A stretch of DNA of 57,861 bases, the filler included, from Basidioascus undulatus (Eukaryota), in NCBI GenBank assembly GCA_000826855.1. It is 5 parts of 5 records of this genome, joined end to end, with 100 filler letters (N's around TTAATTAATTAA, not from the genome) between each part and the next. Parts side by side here need not be neighbours in the genome. Positions count along the whole stretch, not along the records: positions 1 to 27,857 come from JTLS01000156.1; 4 more parts are not named here. One strand, given 5' to 3'. The notes beneath the pieces are model-generated. The model was given only the letters and a program-made list of their open reading frames with translations. It was not told where the DNA came from and did not search any database. Shown one piece after another: positions 12,652-23,071 of the stretch. A program made the translations under genes and the position numbers. The first letter of the stretch is position 1; each line of letters starts with the position of its first letter.

Positions 12652-15033
12652 ATGCGCCCGTCCTCTCGTGCCGTCATTTACGGCGCCCTTGCCGTTGCTA
12701 GCGCGGCTGTTTCCAATGCTTTGAGCGAGGAGGAGCAGGTCAAGATTACCAGTAAGTGGTGGCGCATATCTGTTTGCAACGCAAAGGGGTACCAGGCGTG
12801 AATACAGTGGTGGGCGCATAATGACCGAGCTTTCTCGATGTATAGATTCCACCGAAGAGTGCACGGTCTACTGGTACGCCGGATGGACGGACGTCAAGGA
12901 CCAGTTCCCGCCTATTTGGAAGACCGCGGATGTATCGGCTTCTCGCGCATTCACACACAGGTCCGGAGCTGACCTTCAACGCATGGCTTTCGCAGATTGT
13001 CGAGGGAGACGAGACCGCTCACGCTCTCTTCAATGAGATCAACGCGACGCTCCCCACCTACATTAAGCCGAAGGGCACGACCTCGGGCGACTTCAGTGCA
13101 GTGCGGCCGACGTACGACCACTCCGACCCTGACTGCTGTGAGTCGGCCTTGCCGACGACTTCGCCTTTTGACTGCGGTCACTAAGAATCACTTGGTGGCG
13201 GGGTGTAGGGTGGACGTACAGCACTTGCAAGAAGCCCAAGTATGAGGGATTGGGCGAGGACTACGCTGAGCTGCCTGAGGTATGATCTAAGAACTTCTCC
13301 GTCTGGCATCCAGGCACTGACCTAAGTCACCTGTTCAGCCTGAGACGTGGGGTCTCGCCTTCGACGACGGGTACGTTGGACTTTCTTTCTAGGCATATTG
13401 GGCGCGAAAGTTCAGCAATTTCTTCGGTACGGAATTGCGCAGTCCTAACTGCACGCATAACAAGTTCTACGGTACGTGGGCCCTGTGTCGTATTGCATCC
13501 GCGTTGCATTCATTGACCGATGGCACGCCCGCAGACTTCATGGCTCAGGAGAAGCTGAAGGCTACCATGTTCTACATCGGTGAGTCGGTCTAAATATCTC
13601 AACTGGCGTCTCTGACCCACCATTCCAAAGGCTCGAACGTTGCCGACTGGCCGCTGCAGGCTATCCGCGGTTACAACGACGGTGCGCTTTCCAATTTGAG
13701 CGTATATGGCACTTCCGGGATAGTCTTCTAAGGACGGGATGTGGTTTCCAGGTCACCAGCTCTGTGTGCACACCTGGTCGCACCAGTACAGTACGTAACG
13801 TGATACCACGTCGCCGTTGAAGATGTCGTCGCTGATGGTCCGTCGTCGTCAAGTGACGAGCCACACCAACTCCCAGGCCTTCGCCGAGCTCTACTACACC
13901 GTGCGTTTTTGGGTCCCGATCGTTTACTGAACATTATGTTGAAACTTTCCTGGCGGGACATAGACGGAGGTCATCCGCGTCATCACAGGCGTTACCCCGA
14001 CGTGCTGGCGGGTAAGTTGTCATGCTCATTCATCTATTTCTTGCTTTCTGACTTCTGGTTAATCTTCAGCCGCCCTTCGGTGACATCGACGACCGGATTC
14101 GCATGATCGCTGCTGGTCTTGGCTTGCGAACGTACGTCCTTGTAGTGTCGAGAATCCGTATCTTCGTCAGCTGACGCGTCCTCCATCCAGCGTCATGTGG
14201 GAGTTCGACACCAACGACTGTGCGACTAGGTGCTTTTAATTGTAATTCATACAATCGCTGAACTAGTCCTGGCTTCCAGGGAAGATCGGCTCCTCGTCCA
14301 ATGTCAGCGAGGCGGACGTCCGCAAGAACTACGAGAATGTCTTCGCCCGCGCTGCGAACGGCACGTTTAAGGAGCACGGTACTATTGTGCTTACGCACGA
14401 GATACATTCTCAATCGATGGATTGTCAATCAATCTTTTTTTTAGATTAAGCGATGGGTAGAGCCTTCCGGTTGACGCTTGTTCTTCCCCCCAGTGTTCAT
14501 GGAGCAGTACCCGAAGATCAAGGCAAACTTCAAGGTGAGCTTCACCTCCCGACTTTCGTAGATCCTTCTTGTACTCAAGGAATCATTATCAGAACATTGC
14601 TCCCCTTTACGCGACCTGGAACGAGACCGAGATCTACGTCGAGTCGAACGGCACGAAGGGCGAGGTACGTCCGCTCCTCCTTCCCCCTGTCGCCATTGCC
14701 CCCCAACCCCTCTTCCCATTCCCTACATGATTCCCGAGAGACCCATATCTGACCGAAACCCCCCTCCAGACCTTCGCCGACTGGGTAAACTCGCACGGCG
14801 GCTCGATCGCCGACACGGCGACGACGAACACGCACACGCACCCGAACCCGACGCTGACGGGCACCGCCGGCCCTCTCGCGACTGTCGACAACCCCGCCGT
14901 CACCAGCGTCCTCCAGGCTGCGGCGGTCACCGCCGGGCAGGACGGCGCTGGCAGCGGCGCGTCCGCCGTCTTTCCGCGCGCGCTCGTGGGTGCCGTCACT
15001 GCTGCAGGTCTCGGGGCGCTGCTCGCGTTCTAA
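12652..15033 (+). CDS. Chitin deacetylase (CE4/NodB domain), secreted, predicted GPI-anchored
   Basis: Signal peptide MRPSSRAVIYGALAVASAAVSNA; CE4 motifs WGLAFDDGP, HTWSH, CWRPPFGDIDDRIR and IVLTHE; Thr-rich tail and hydrophobic C-terminus ...GAVTAAGLGALLAF*. Confidence 0.92.
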
Positions 15034-16010
15034 GTCTGAGTCGATTTCTCTCTGTTATGCGTTTCTCTTCATCCTCGTCTTTCAGAAGTCCTCCTTCGCA
15101 TACATCTATACCTCTCGCATGGGGCAATACGCGAACTTTTCACACCATCTATTCACTTCACCTTCTCACACATGCCGACCCTTTCACTCGCTGAAGCACC
15201 ATCTAGATTACCCTCTTACCATCCGCACATTTCACCCTCCTGTTGTGGATTAGTTTTCATTGCACATTCTCGCGCAGCATGGAGCCGTTCTGCACACTCC
15301 GGCTTGACGCACGGGCTACTGTCATCTGCTGTCAACAATGCCCATCGAAGTCTTCTTCACATCAAGCACCCTGGCGCTGATGCGCGCTAGCGGCGCTTGA
15401 GACTCTGTTCAGGCATGTTCAGGCTCGCTGATGCAGGTTTCAGCAGTACACGGAGCGCAGCACAGATTCTTTATAAAGGTCGTGGTGGACAACGAGAGCG
15501 GAGCGAAGCCTTCCTTGCTCTGCTTCGACTTTCACGCCCATCACCGCCTCAACGCTGAAGCTCAACGGGTCCGCCTGAAACGGAGTCGAAAAATAACAAT
15601 ACAAGATCCAGCAGCGAGGCCCAGCAGTGTCGAGCGGCCCGGCTGGCATTTCCCGGACCGCACATCCTCTGTGCGAAGTTAACCAATGCAACGCATTTAT
15701 GAAGTTCTACTCGATCTCCGGCATGCAAATACCGTACTTTTTACATATTTTGTATCAGCTGATGCGCCAAGGTGATGGGGGAAGCTGAGCAAGAGTTTGG
15801 GGAGGCGGAGACCATGGACCGCATCGCTGCCGAAACGCCGGCCGGCAGTCGAAGTTGCCGGCAGGGGGTCACGTCCTCCCTTGCCGCTCTCCACCATCTC
15901 TGTGTCTTGATTTCCCTATCTCTTCCCATACCACCTTCATCTCCCACATACCCAATTTAGACGCCTTCCCCCTCCCCAGACATCCCGTACCCTCGTCAGA
16001 CGCTCCCAAA

Positions 16011-17852
16011 ATGGCTCCCCAGACAATCCGGACCCCCCTCACCGACCTGTTCGGGATCGACCACCCTATCATGCTCGCAGGCATGAACGTCGCTGCTGTA
16101 AGGGCCGATTCAAGCTGTGCTGCATGCCGGGCTGGATCTGATGGACTGGTGGCGAGCGTTGCAGGGCCCGAAGCTCGCGGCGGCAGTCACGAACGGAGGT
16201 GCGTTTCTGGACGACCTCATCCGCGTCCGCCCGGAACTGACCCTGTTTTCTTGGATGAAGGCGGTATTGGTGTCCTCGGTGGAATCGGTACGTTTGTTAA
16301 TGTTAGTTTCTGTAGCACTTGAAGCTTACCCAGGACGGAAGGCTACACGCCGAAGGTGCTCCAGATGCAGATCGACGAGCTCAAGGCGGACCTGAAGGAC
16401 AAGAACGCGCCGTTTGGCGTTGACCGTGCGTTTCCACGTTTCCCAATCCACCTTGCTTACTTTACTTGACTGACCCAGCGGTATCTGCTTTCAGTGCTCC
16501 TGCCTAAGGTCGGCGAGGGTGCCCGCGCAACCAATTACGGTCAGTAGCAGCGCACGCATCTCGTCTGCCACTGCTTGACGTAGTCCTTGTGAGACCAGAC
16601 TACACGAAGGGCCAGCTCCCCGAGCTGATCGACGTGATCATCAACTCTGGCGCGAAGCTGTTCGTCTGTGCGGTCGGTGCGTCCGCTCCCCCTCCTCCCA
16701 CCCATACCTTTCCGCCATCTCACCGCGCCCGCTCCCACTCCCCAGGCGTTCCTCCGAAGTTCGCCGTGGACAAGCTTCATGCTGCCGGAATCTCCGTGGC
16801 GAACATGATCGGGCACCCGAAGCACGCGGAGTACGCGCTCCGCGCGGGCGCGGACATCCTCGTCGCGCAGGGCGGTGAGGGCGGCGGGCACACGGGCGAC
16901 ACGCCCTCGTCGATCCTCATCCCAGCCGTCGTGGAGGCTGTGAAGGGCCGCAAGGCACCCCTGAACGGGAAGCCCGTGCAGGTCGTTGCAGCCGGGGGAA
17001 TCTACAATGGGAAGGGACTCGCTGCGGCTCTGGCTTGGGGCGCGACGGGCGTTTGGTACGTCTCTCTCTCTTCTATCCTACCCGCCCACTTCCGCTGCGG
17101 GCTGACACACACATTCAACAGGGTCGGCACCCGGTTCGTCGCCTCCGTCGAGGCCGGCGCCCCCAAAGTGGGTCCCTCCCCGATCCCACCATTCTTCGCA
17201 TACCTTCCCCCCCTTCCCCATTCCTCTTCACTGCTCACGCATTCCGGGAAAACAGTACCACAAAGACTTGGTCGTGAAGTCCGGGTGGGACGACAACGTG
17301 CGCACGCTGATCTACACGGGGCGGCCGCTGCGCGTGTTCGGGCACGAATACGCCAAGGATTGGGAGGCGAATCGCCAGGAGGAGATCAAGAGCTTGACGA
17401 GCGCGGGGAAAATTCCGCACGAGGTCGAGCTGGCAAAGCGGCCGGAGATCTCGGCCAAGTCGAGGCGTGCGTTTTTCGTCTCTTTCACCGTGGCTTGTTT
17501 ATTTGTGATGGGATAGTGGCTGACGATGCTTTTGTCGGGGGGTGCAGCGTGGCTCATGGGCAGTACGTAGCATCGCTTATCGCAGCCACTACGCTGCAAA
17601 GCACAGTCCTCTAACATTCTGGCCTGTTTCCGCCATCTCTAGAGGTCGCAGGCGCCATTACCGTCCGTCCCCTTCCCTTCCCTCGCATCTTTTTTCACCT
17701 CTTATGGAACCCAAGCTGACTGGAAGGCACGGACGGGTCAATAGGACGTCCAGCCGGCGCAGCAGATCATCGATGAGATGATCGCCGAGGCTGCGCAGCA
17801 GCTCAAGACGGGCGCGAGCTACGTAGTCGGCGGGGCGTTCTCGAAGCTGTGA
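16011..17852 (+). CDS. Nitronate monooxygenase / 2-nitropropane dioxygenase family flavoprotein with C-terminal PTS1 (SKL)
   Basis: MAPQTIRTPLTDLFGIDHPIMLAGMNVAAGPKLAAAV, AQGGEGGGHTG, VAAGGIYNGKGLAAAL and VGTRFVAS. Last exon ends ...GGAFSKL*. Confidence 0.92.
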
Positions 17853-18460
17853 TTTTTGAGTGTGAGAGGGAGGGAGGACGGGTTGATGCGACTTGAGATG
17901 TGGCCTTTTAGCAGGAGGGAGGGCTGTTACTGCGTGTACTGAAGGAGTTGGCGAGATGCATGTAGTGGGCTATTAGCGTGCTCGCCGGTGTGTATGTTTC
18001 AAAAGAGGAAATAAAGGCCTGGCTTCCCCTTTTCTGGTGTTGAGATATATGCAAAGAAAGATGCTTGTATGTCCGGCGACCACACGTTGCTTACTGCCCC
18101 GATCGGCACCCAGCACTGTCCTGCACCCCGTCCGCACTCTGGATTCTTGGATCCAGTCGGTATCTGGGCCTTTATGAGTGAATATACTTGAAACGGTGTG
18201 CTTGCGCTCCATGAACGGTCGAACAATGCCTGACGGGTCATCAAGCAGCCAAGCTTGCGGTGACACCGCGCGGTACGCGCGTTTCGGCGCCTGGACACAA
18301 TTTTTATGGGACTTACGTGGGAGGATGTCAAAAACCATTGAAAAGAAGCGCTCATAACCCATGCGTGCGGATTGGTCTACAAACTACAATGCCTACAAGG
18401 CTTCAAGCCCTCCTCACTCCTTAATGTGCACCCAGACGCCGCTCAATTCCAGCTCAACCG

Positions 18461-19234
18461 TCACAGCCCATCACCAGCCCTGAACACCGTAAAGTGAGGG
18501 AATGTTTCGCCGTCACACCAAGTGAGCCGCTCGAGGCAAGGGAACACGCCGCCATACACTTCCGTCCGCCTCACAATAGCAGCTTCAAGTGTCCCGCGAA
18601 GGTTTTCATTGAAATCGGCCTCCTCGATGGAGTCTGCGGTAGCGGTTTGAAGTGTGGCTTCAATGGAGGCTTCCGTGGAGGATAGATCTGCGTCGCAGGA
18701 TGTACGCAGTGCAAGCCGATGAAGCCAGATGGAGCGGCGAGATGACATCCAGCACATTGTAGGCGACCTAGGGAACAACCGAGGGTCAGAAAATGCTGCT
18801 CTTTCTGTCGGCTGGTGGAAAGGGAAGTAAAGGCATGCACACCGACGCGTCATCGTTCCAATAGATATCAAGGCACTCGAGAAGCGGGTCCCTTGTCACT
18901 AGTTCAGTCAGTGCCATTGAAGTTGGGAGGAATTGTGGAATTGTGAGTAAATGTCCAGACCAAAGTACTAGCTGCGTTAGGAACGTGCGTACTTGATCAA
19001 GCGCGCGAGCCCGCCCTCCACGGTGAAAAATGCGAATTGCTCTGGGCCGTGTACTGTAACGCGCCGGTAGATGAAGGCGAGGCATTCTTCCCGGATGGAA
19101 GAATGGACCATCGAGAAATTGAAGAGGTCTGTCTTCGATGGGCTTGCCTCGGCAAGACACCGAGGACAAAGATCGACCAGGTGCGATGCGATTTCGCCGA
19201 GAATCTCGGGAGGAAGGGGCGAAAAGGTGGCTAT
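18461..19234 (-). pseudogene. Degenerate F-box(/LRR-like) gene
   Basis: Frame from 19234 reads (ATA)ATFSPLPPEILGEIASHLVDL...DLFNFSMVHSSIREECLAFIYRRVTV, a typical fungal F-box. Start is ATA where the paralog has ATG. Downstream segments (LECLDIYW, FPCLERLTW) lie in other frames. Confidence 0.65.
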
Positions 19235-19410
19235 GGCGCTACTGCACGAAGTCAGGGATAAGGGGAGTACGAGGGACTTCGAATGTGGCTCAGTAGTCTC
19301 AACGACAGCGAGAGTAGCGGGAGTGAGGAAGCGGAGAGAAGAGACTCTCAGATAGGTGTGTCGCTGGAGTCGCGGCGCTGGGGGCTGTGCAGGCCTGCTA
19401 CCACGTGCAG
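19162..19410. repeat. Left arm of a diverged ~250-bp inverted duplication (partner 22786-23044)
   Basis: Shared blocks with the reverse complement of 22786-23044 include TCGACCAGGTGCGATGC, TCTCGGGAGGAAGG, GGCTCAGTAGTC, AGAGTAGCGGGAGTGAGGA and GGGGCTGTGCAGGCCTGCT. Confidence 0.85.
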
Positions 19411-20277
19411 CACGGAGTCATTTGTTTAGTTTGTATCTGACGTTTGAAGTTGTGCAATTCCATGTGTGACCAAATTCCACAGAAGTCCGCTCTGTGACCG
19501 TGCTCCACTTGAAAGGCTAGTCTATCGGTCCTGTCTGTTAAGTTTCTAATTTCTTGAAACTTACCTATAATTTAAAGAAACAGAAGCTTTGCGGCAGGGG
19601 AAGGCTCGCAAGGGAGTTACCGAGCAGGACCTTCGACGCAAACGAGTACGCTGCACTTATAAAGGACAACATGGCAGTACTTCAGCTTGTGAAAGTTCAC
19701 ATCGTATCGGTAAACTGGAGACGAAAAATGATGCTAGAAAGAAGAGGGTGGATGAGCAGAGCCCCAAAGCCCCAACACTCTCGAACGAGTATGAAACGAC
19801 TGAGCGATCTGGCAGGCTACACTGGTTTTTGGGATTCCACGAGGAAGGTGCATGGCTATAGCTCATATCAGAAAGGGATGGCGTATCGAGACTCGGCCGG
19901 AGTGAACGGCAAGCTGATGCAGAAGCATGTCGCCCAGCTCATCCCGGACCCTACGCTGCCGGTGCGCCCTCCTCGAAGCGCTTGTCAAGGCTTCGACCGA
20001 CGAGTTTGTCGCCGCCATTACCTCGTCCTGCAATATATTCGAGGCGGTCATATACGTGAAACGGTCGTCAAGTTAGCGCCACCTCTATGCGCGCGTTCCT
20101 TGGCTTTCGCTGCGCGGCACGCGCCGACAGCCCTCCCAAGATGCACAGTCATGCAGGCGGGGCGCGAATAAAGTGTAGGCATCACAGGGAAAGCGAAGAG
20201 CGAAGAGTGAACGTAGAACGTAAAGATGCAGTAGTGTCTATGCACATCGAAAGAACGGGACGCCCCGACCGGCCCCC

Positions 20278-22146
20278 TCAGCGCTCGACCGCCGCCGCTA
20301 GCCCCTCGTCCGCGGCCTTGAGCTCCTTCAGGCCCGGTGCCCGCGGCTTGTCGAAGATCTGCTTGATGCGTCGGGGCGGGGGGCAGTGTTAGAGGTAGGA
20401 TAGAGGGGGGAGAGGAAGGATGGAGGGAGGGAGGAGGAAAGGAGGAAGGACTGACCTGGCCCTCCCGCTCGTAGCACGCGTAGGCAAGGTCGTAGCTGGG
20501 TGAACGTGAGGGATCAACAAGGGAAGAGAGAATAAATGAGGGAGCGACGGAAGTGGAGAAGCAGCGGCAACGCACCCCTCGAACTCGTAGCCGATCTTGT
20601 CCTTGCGGACGTACCCGCGTAGGAGGCGGGACCCGAACTCAGGCACGCTAACCGCGGACTTCTCCTCCTCCTCCTTGCCCACAAACAGCGTCATGCTAAT
20701 CCTCCCCGGTTGGAAGATGTCGATGACCTTCCTCACGAGCTCCTTGAGCTGCTCGCGGCTCCCGATTGGGACGTTGCACTCGAAGCTAGCGTAGCTCCAG
20801 CCCTCCTCGGGCGTGACGTGGATGGTGAAGTACCGATCGCCGGGGCCCCAGAGCGCGTTCGCGCTGTACCCGCACGGGTGGAAGAGGTACGCGTCGAGCG
20901 TCGCTTCGGGGAACAAGGACGCGATGCCGGTCGAGGCGGAGAGAGCTTGGCCGGGCCCGTGGCCGGAAGGGGAGTTCACTTCGTCTGCCGGGCAGAAGAA
21001 GGGCGCCATGGCCGCGGGGGAGAGGTGGGTCATGAGGATCTCGAGCGTCGTGTCGGGCGGGGAGGGCGAGAGGGACAGGGTCTGCGGGATGGAGAGCGAG
21101 GGGGGCGGGAGCGACGCGAAGGACGTGGAGAGGTCGGACGTCGGCGTGGTCAGGTACAGGAGCCAGTGGTCGCCGTTGACCTTGCCGACCGTGTACGCCG
21201 AGCCGTTCTCTGACATCCCCGCCATGCAAAACAACGGTCAGCATCCCTAGCGGTTCTCCCGTTTTCACCCTTAAGCGCCACGCACCGAAGATCCCGTCCA
21301 AGAACCCCACTTCGTCCTCCCATGCGCGGTGCGGCCCCCGCTGCCGCTCGGGGAACATGAAGCTCTTGCGCGAGTAGAAGCAGCGCCAGACGGTGTCGAG
21401 GCCGCACCATTGCGACGCGATTTCGAGGATGCGCGGGAGGCCGAGGAGGAGGGTCGTCGTTCCGCAGGTTTTGAGGATGATCCGGTGGGTGGAGACGAAG
21501 AGAGAAGATTCACTGGGGAATGGGAGCAGAGCGTTAGGAACCCCTTTCATCCCTTCCGCGAGGGCACTGCGTGTGGAGCGGAGCCACTCCGTCAAAGCTC
21601 CAAGCGCCGCTCCACTCCATCAACTCGAACCAGCGCTCCTGGATTCCACCCGACAGGCAACACAACCTCCTCCTCCACACCTGTACCGTCCAACGATGAT
21701 GTGAACCTACTCACCTGAGAAGATACGCGTCCGCCTGCTCGCCCTCGATAACGCTGAGGACCTTGCACTTGACCAAGTCCAGCATGTCCTCCCACACCTC
21801 CCTCGTAACCCTCCTCAGCCCGTGCCTCCCCTCCCGTCCCGCAGGCGCGTGTGCTGGTGAGTCCGGGATCGCTTCGGGCGAGGTAGAGAACCAGATCTCG
21901 AGCACTGCCGCATCCCATCTCTTCAGTTGCCTGCCGGGTCGTGTGATCGAAATCTTCGAGCCTCAAACCCACATTTCTCAGGTCAGGATACGCCAAACAC
22001 CCCAAGCCGCCTCTGTTAGCGCATGTGAAGGCGTTTGAGACAGCAGAGGAAAGGAAAGAGAAGTACCCCTCGAAAGGCCCCGGCGGGTCGTCCGCTGCGG
22101 GCGCGAGGATCTGCGGCTGGAGCGAGGGCGAGTCGAAGGCCGTCAT
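20278..22146 (-). CDS. SPE2: S-adenosylmethionine decarboxylase proenzyme
   Basis: Spliced GPFEGPEKLLEIWF, AYLLSESSLFV (pyruvoyl cleavage site), [35 protein letters not shown] and [20 protein letters not shown]. The model needs the 11-nt exon 21973-21983 with a UG acceptor. Confidence 0.95.
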
Positions 22147-22163
22147 CGTGGCGAGTAGGGCAT
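22143..22163 (-). promoter_or_regulatory. uORF MPYSPR* overlapping the SPE2 start codon
   Basis: ATG CCC TAC TCG CCA CGA TGA; the TGA shares bases with the main ATG (ATGA). Confidence 0.6.
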
Positions 22164-22785
22164 GTAATGGAGCGTGGACGGCCCGGGAGTCGAATTGGAC
22201 AGTAGAGTCCAGGAAAATGAAAGAAAGCGAGGAGGAGGAGCAGGAGCAGGAGTTGAAGTTCTTAGAGAAGACGCGAACTCTCAAAGGCCTGGCACATGCA
22301 GATTGGGGCATTTTCTGGCTATCGGCGTTTCAGAATTCGCGTTTGTCGCGTTGTTGTTTTCTTCTTTTTCTTGCTTCGCTGGGTACACCTTCTGCCTACC
22401 CGAGTGAACACTCGATGTGGGGTTTTATACAATGCGATCTCCGGAATGCAGCGGTATCCTCACACACAAGTCCCAGAAAATCCGTGTCCAGGCGCCGAAG
22501 CGGGCGTGCCGCGCAGTGTCGCCGCAAGCTTGATGGCCGCTGAGGAAATGATGCACGGTCAACCTTTCACGGAGCGCAAGCACACCTGTTCAAGTATTCC
22601 CACTAATTAATGGCCCTTATACCGACTGAATCCAAGACTTCAGAGCAGATGCGGGCTGGACAGTGCTCAGTGCCGATCGCCACCGCAAGTTGTGGTCGCA
22701 GGACATACATCTCAAACGTACGCTGTTAGTGCTAAGGGCCAGCGGGAACCTCAAGAAACGACTGCACGCTACAGATAGTGGGCTT

Positions 22786-23044
22786 TGCAGGTGGCAGCAG
22801 GCCTGCACAGCCCCAAGATCCGCGGCCCTGGAGTCTGCCAGCGGACACACCGCTCTCTTCTCTTCACCGCGTTCGCTTCCTCCTCACTCCCGCTACTCTG
22901 GTTCTCATTGGGACTACTGAGCCACCATCGAAGCTTCCTTTTCTCCCCTCCATTTAACTTCGTGCCAGCGTCATGGCCACCTTTCCGCACCTTCCTCCCG
23001 AGATCCTCGGCGAAATTGCATCGCACCTGGTCGACCTTCGTCCT
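22786..23044. repeat. Right arm of the inverted duplication (partner 19162-19410)
   Basis: Reverse-complement similarity to 19162-19410, covering the upstream region and first codons of an F-box gene. Confidence 0.85.
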
Positions 23045-23071
23045 CTTGTCATGAAAGGCAGAATCATCTAA
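22973..23071 (+). pseudogene. Truncated F-box gene fragment
   Basis: MATFPHLPPEILGEIASHLVDLRPLV then unrelated sequence and a stop. Similarity to the 19234 copy ends where the TIR element begins (23050). Confidence 0.65.

Noticed and set aside
19554..20171. 205-aa plus-strand ORF next to the SPE2 3' end
   Set aside because: Starts at TTG, has no recognisable motif or splice structure; probably spurious or a relic.
21982..21991. GTATCCTG resembling a U12 minor-intron 5' splice site in SPE2 intron 1
   Set aside because: Imperfect match, no U12-type branch site, using it does not rebuild FEGPEK, and Dikarya lack the minor spliceosome.
22262..22297. Second SPE2 uORF MCQAFESSRLL* and an in-frame upstream ATG at 22311
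   Set aside because: They lie upstream of the CT-rich tract and probably outside the transcript; cannot be supported without TSS data.
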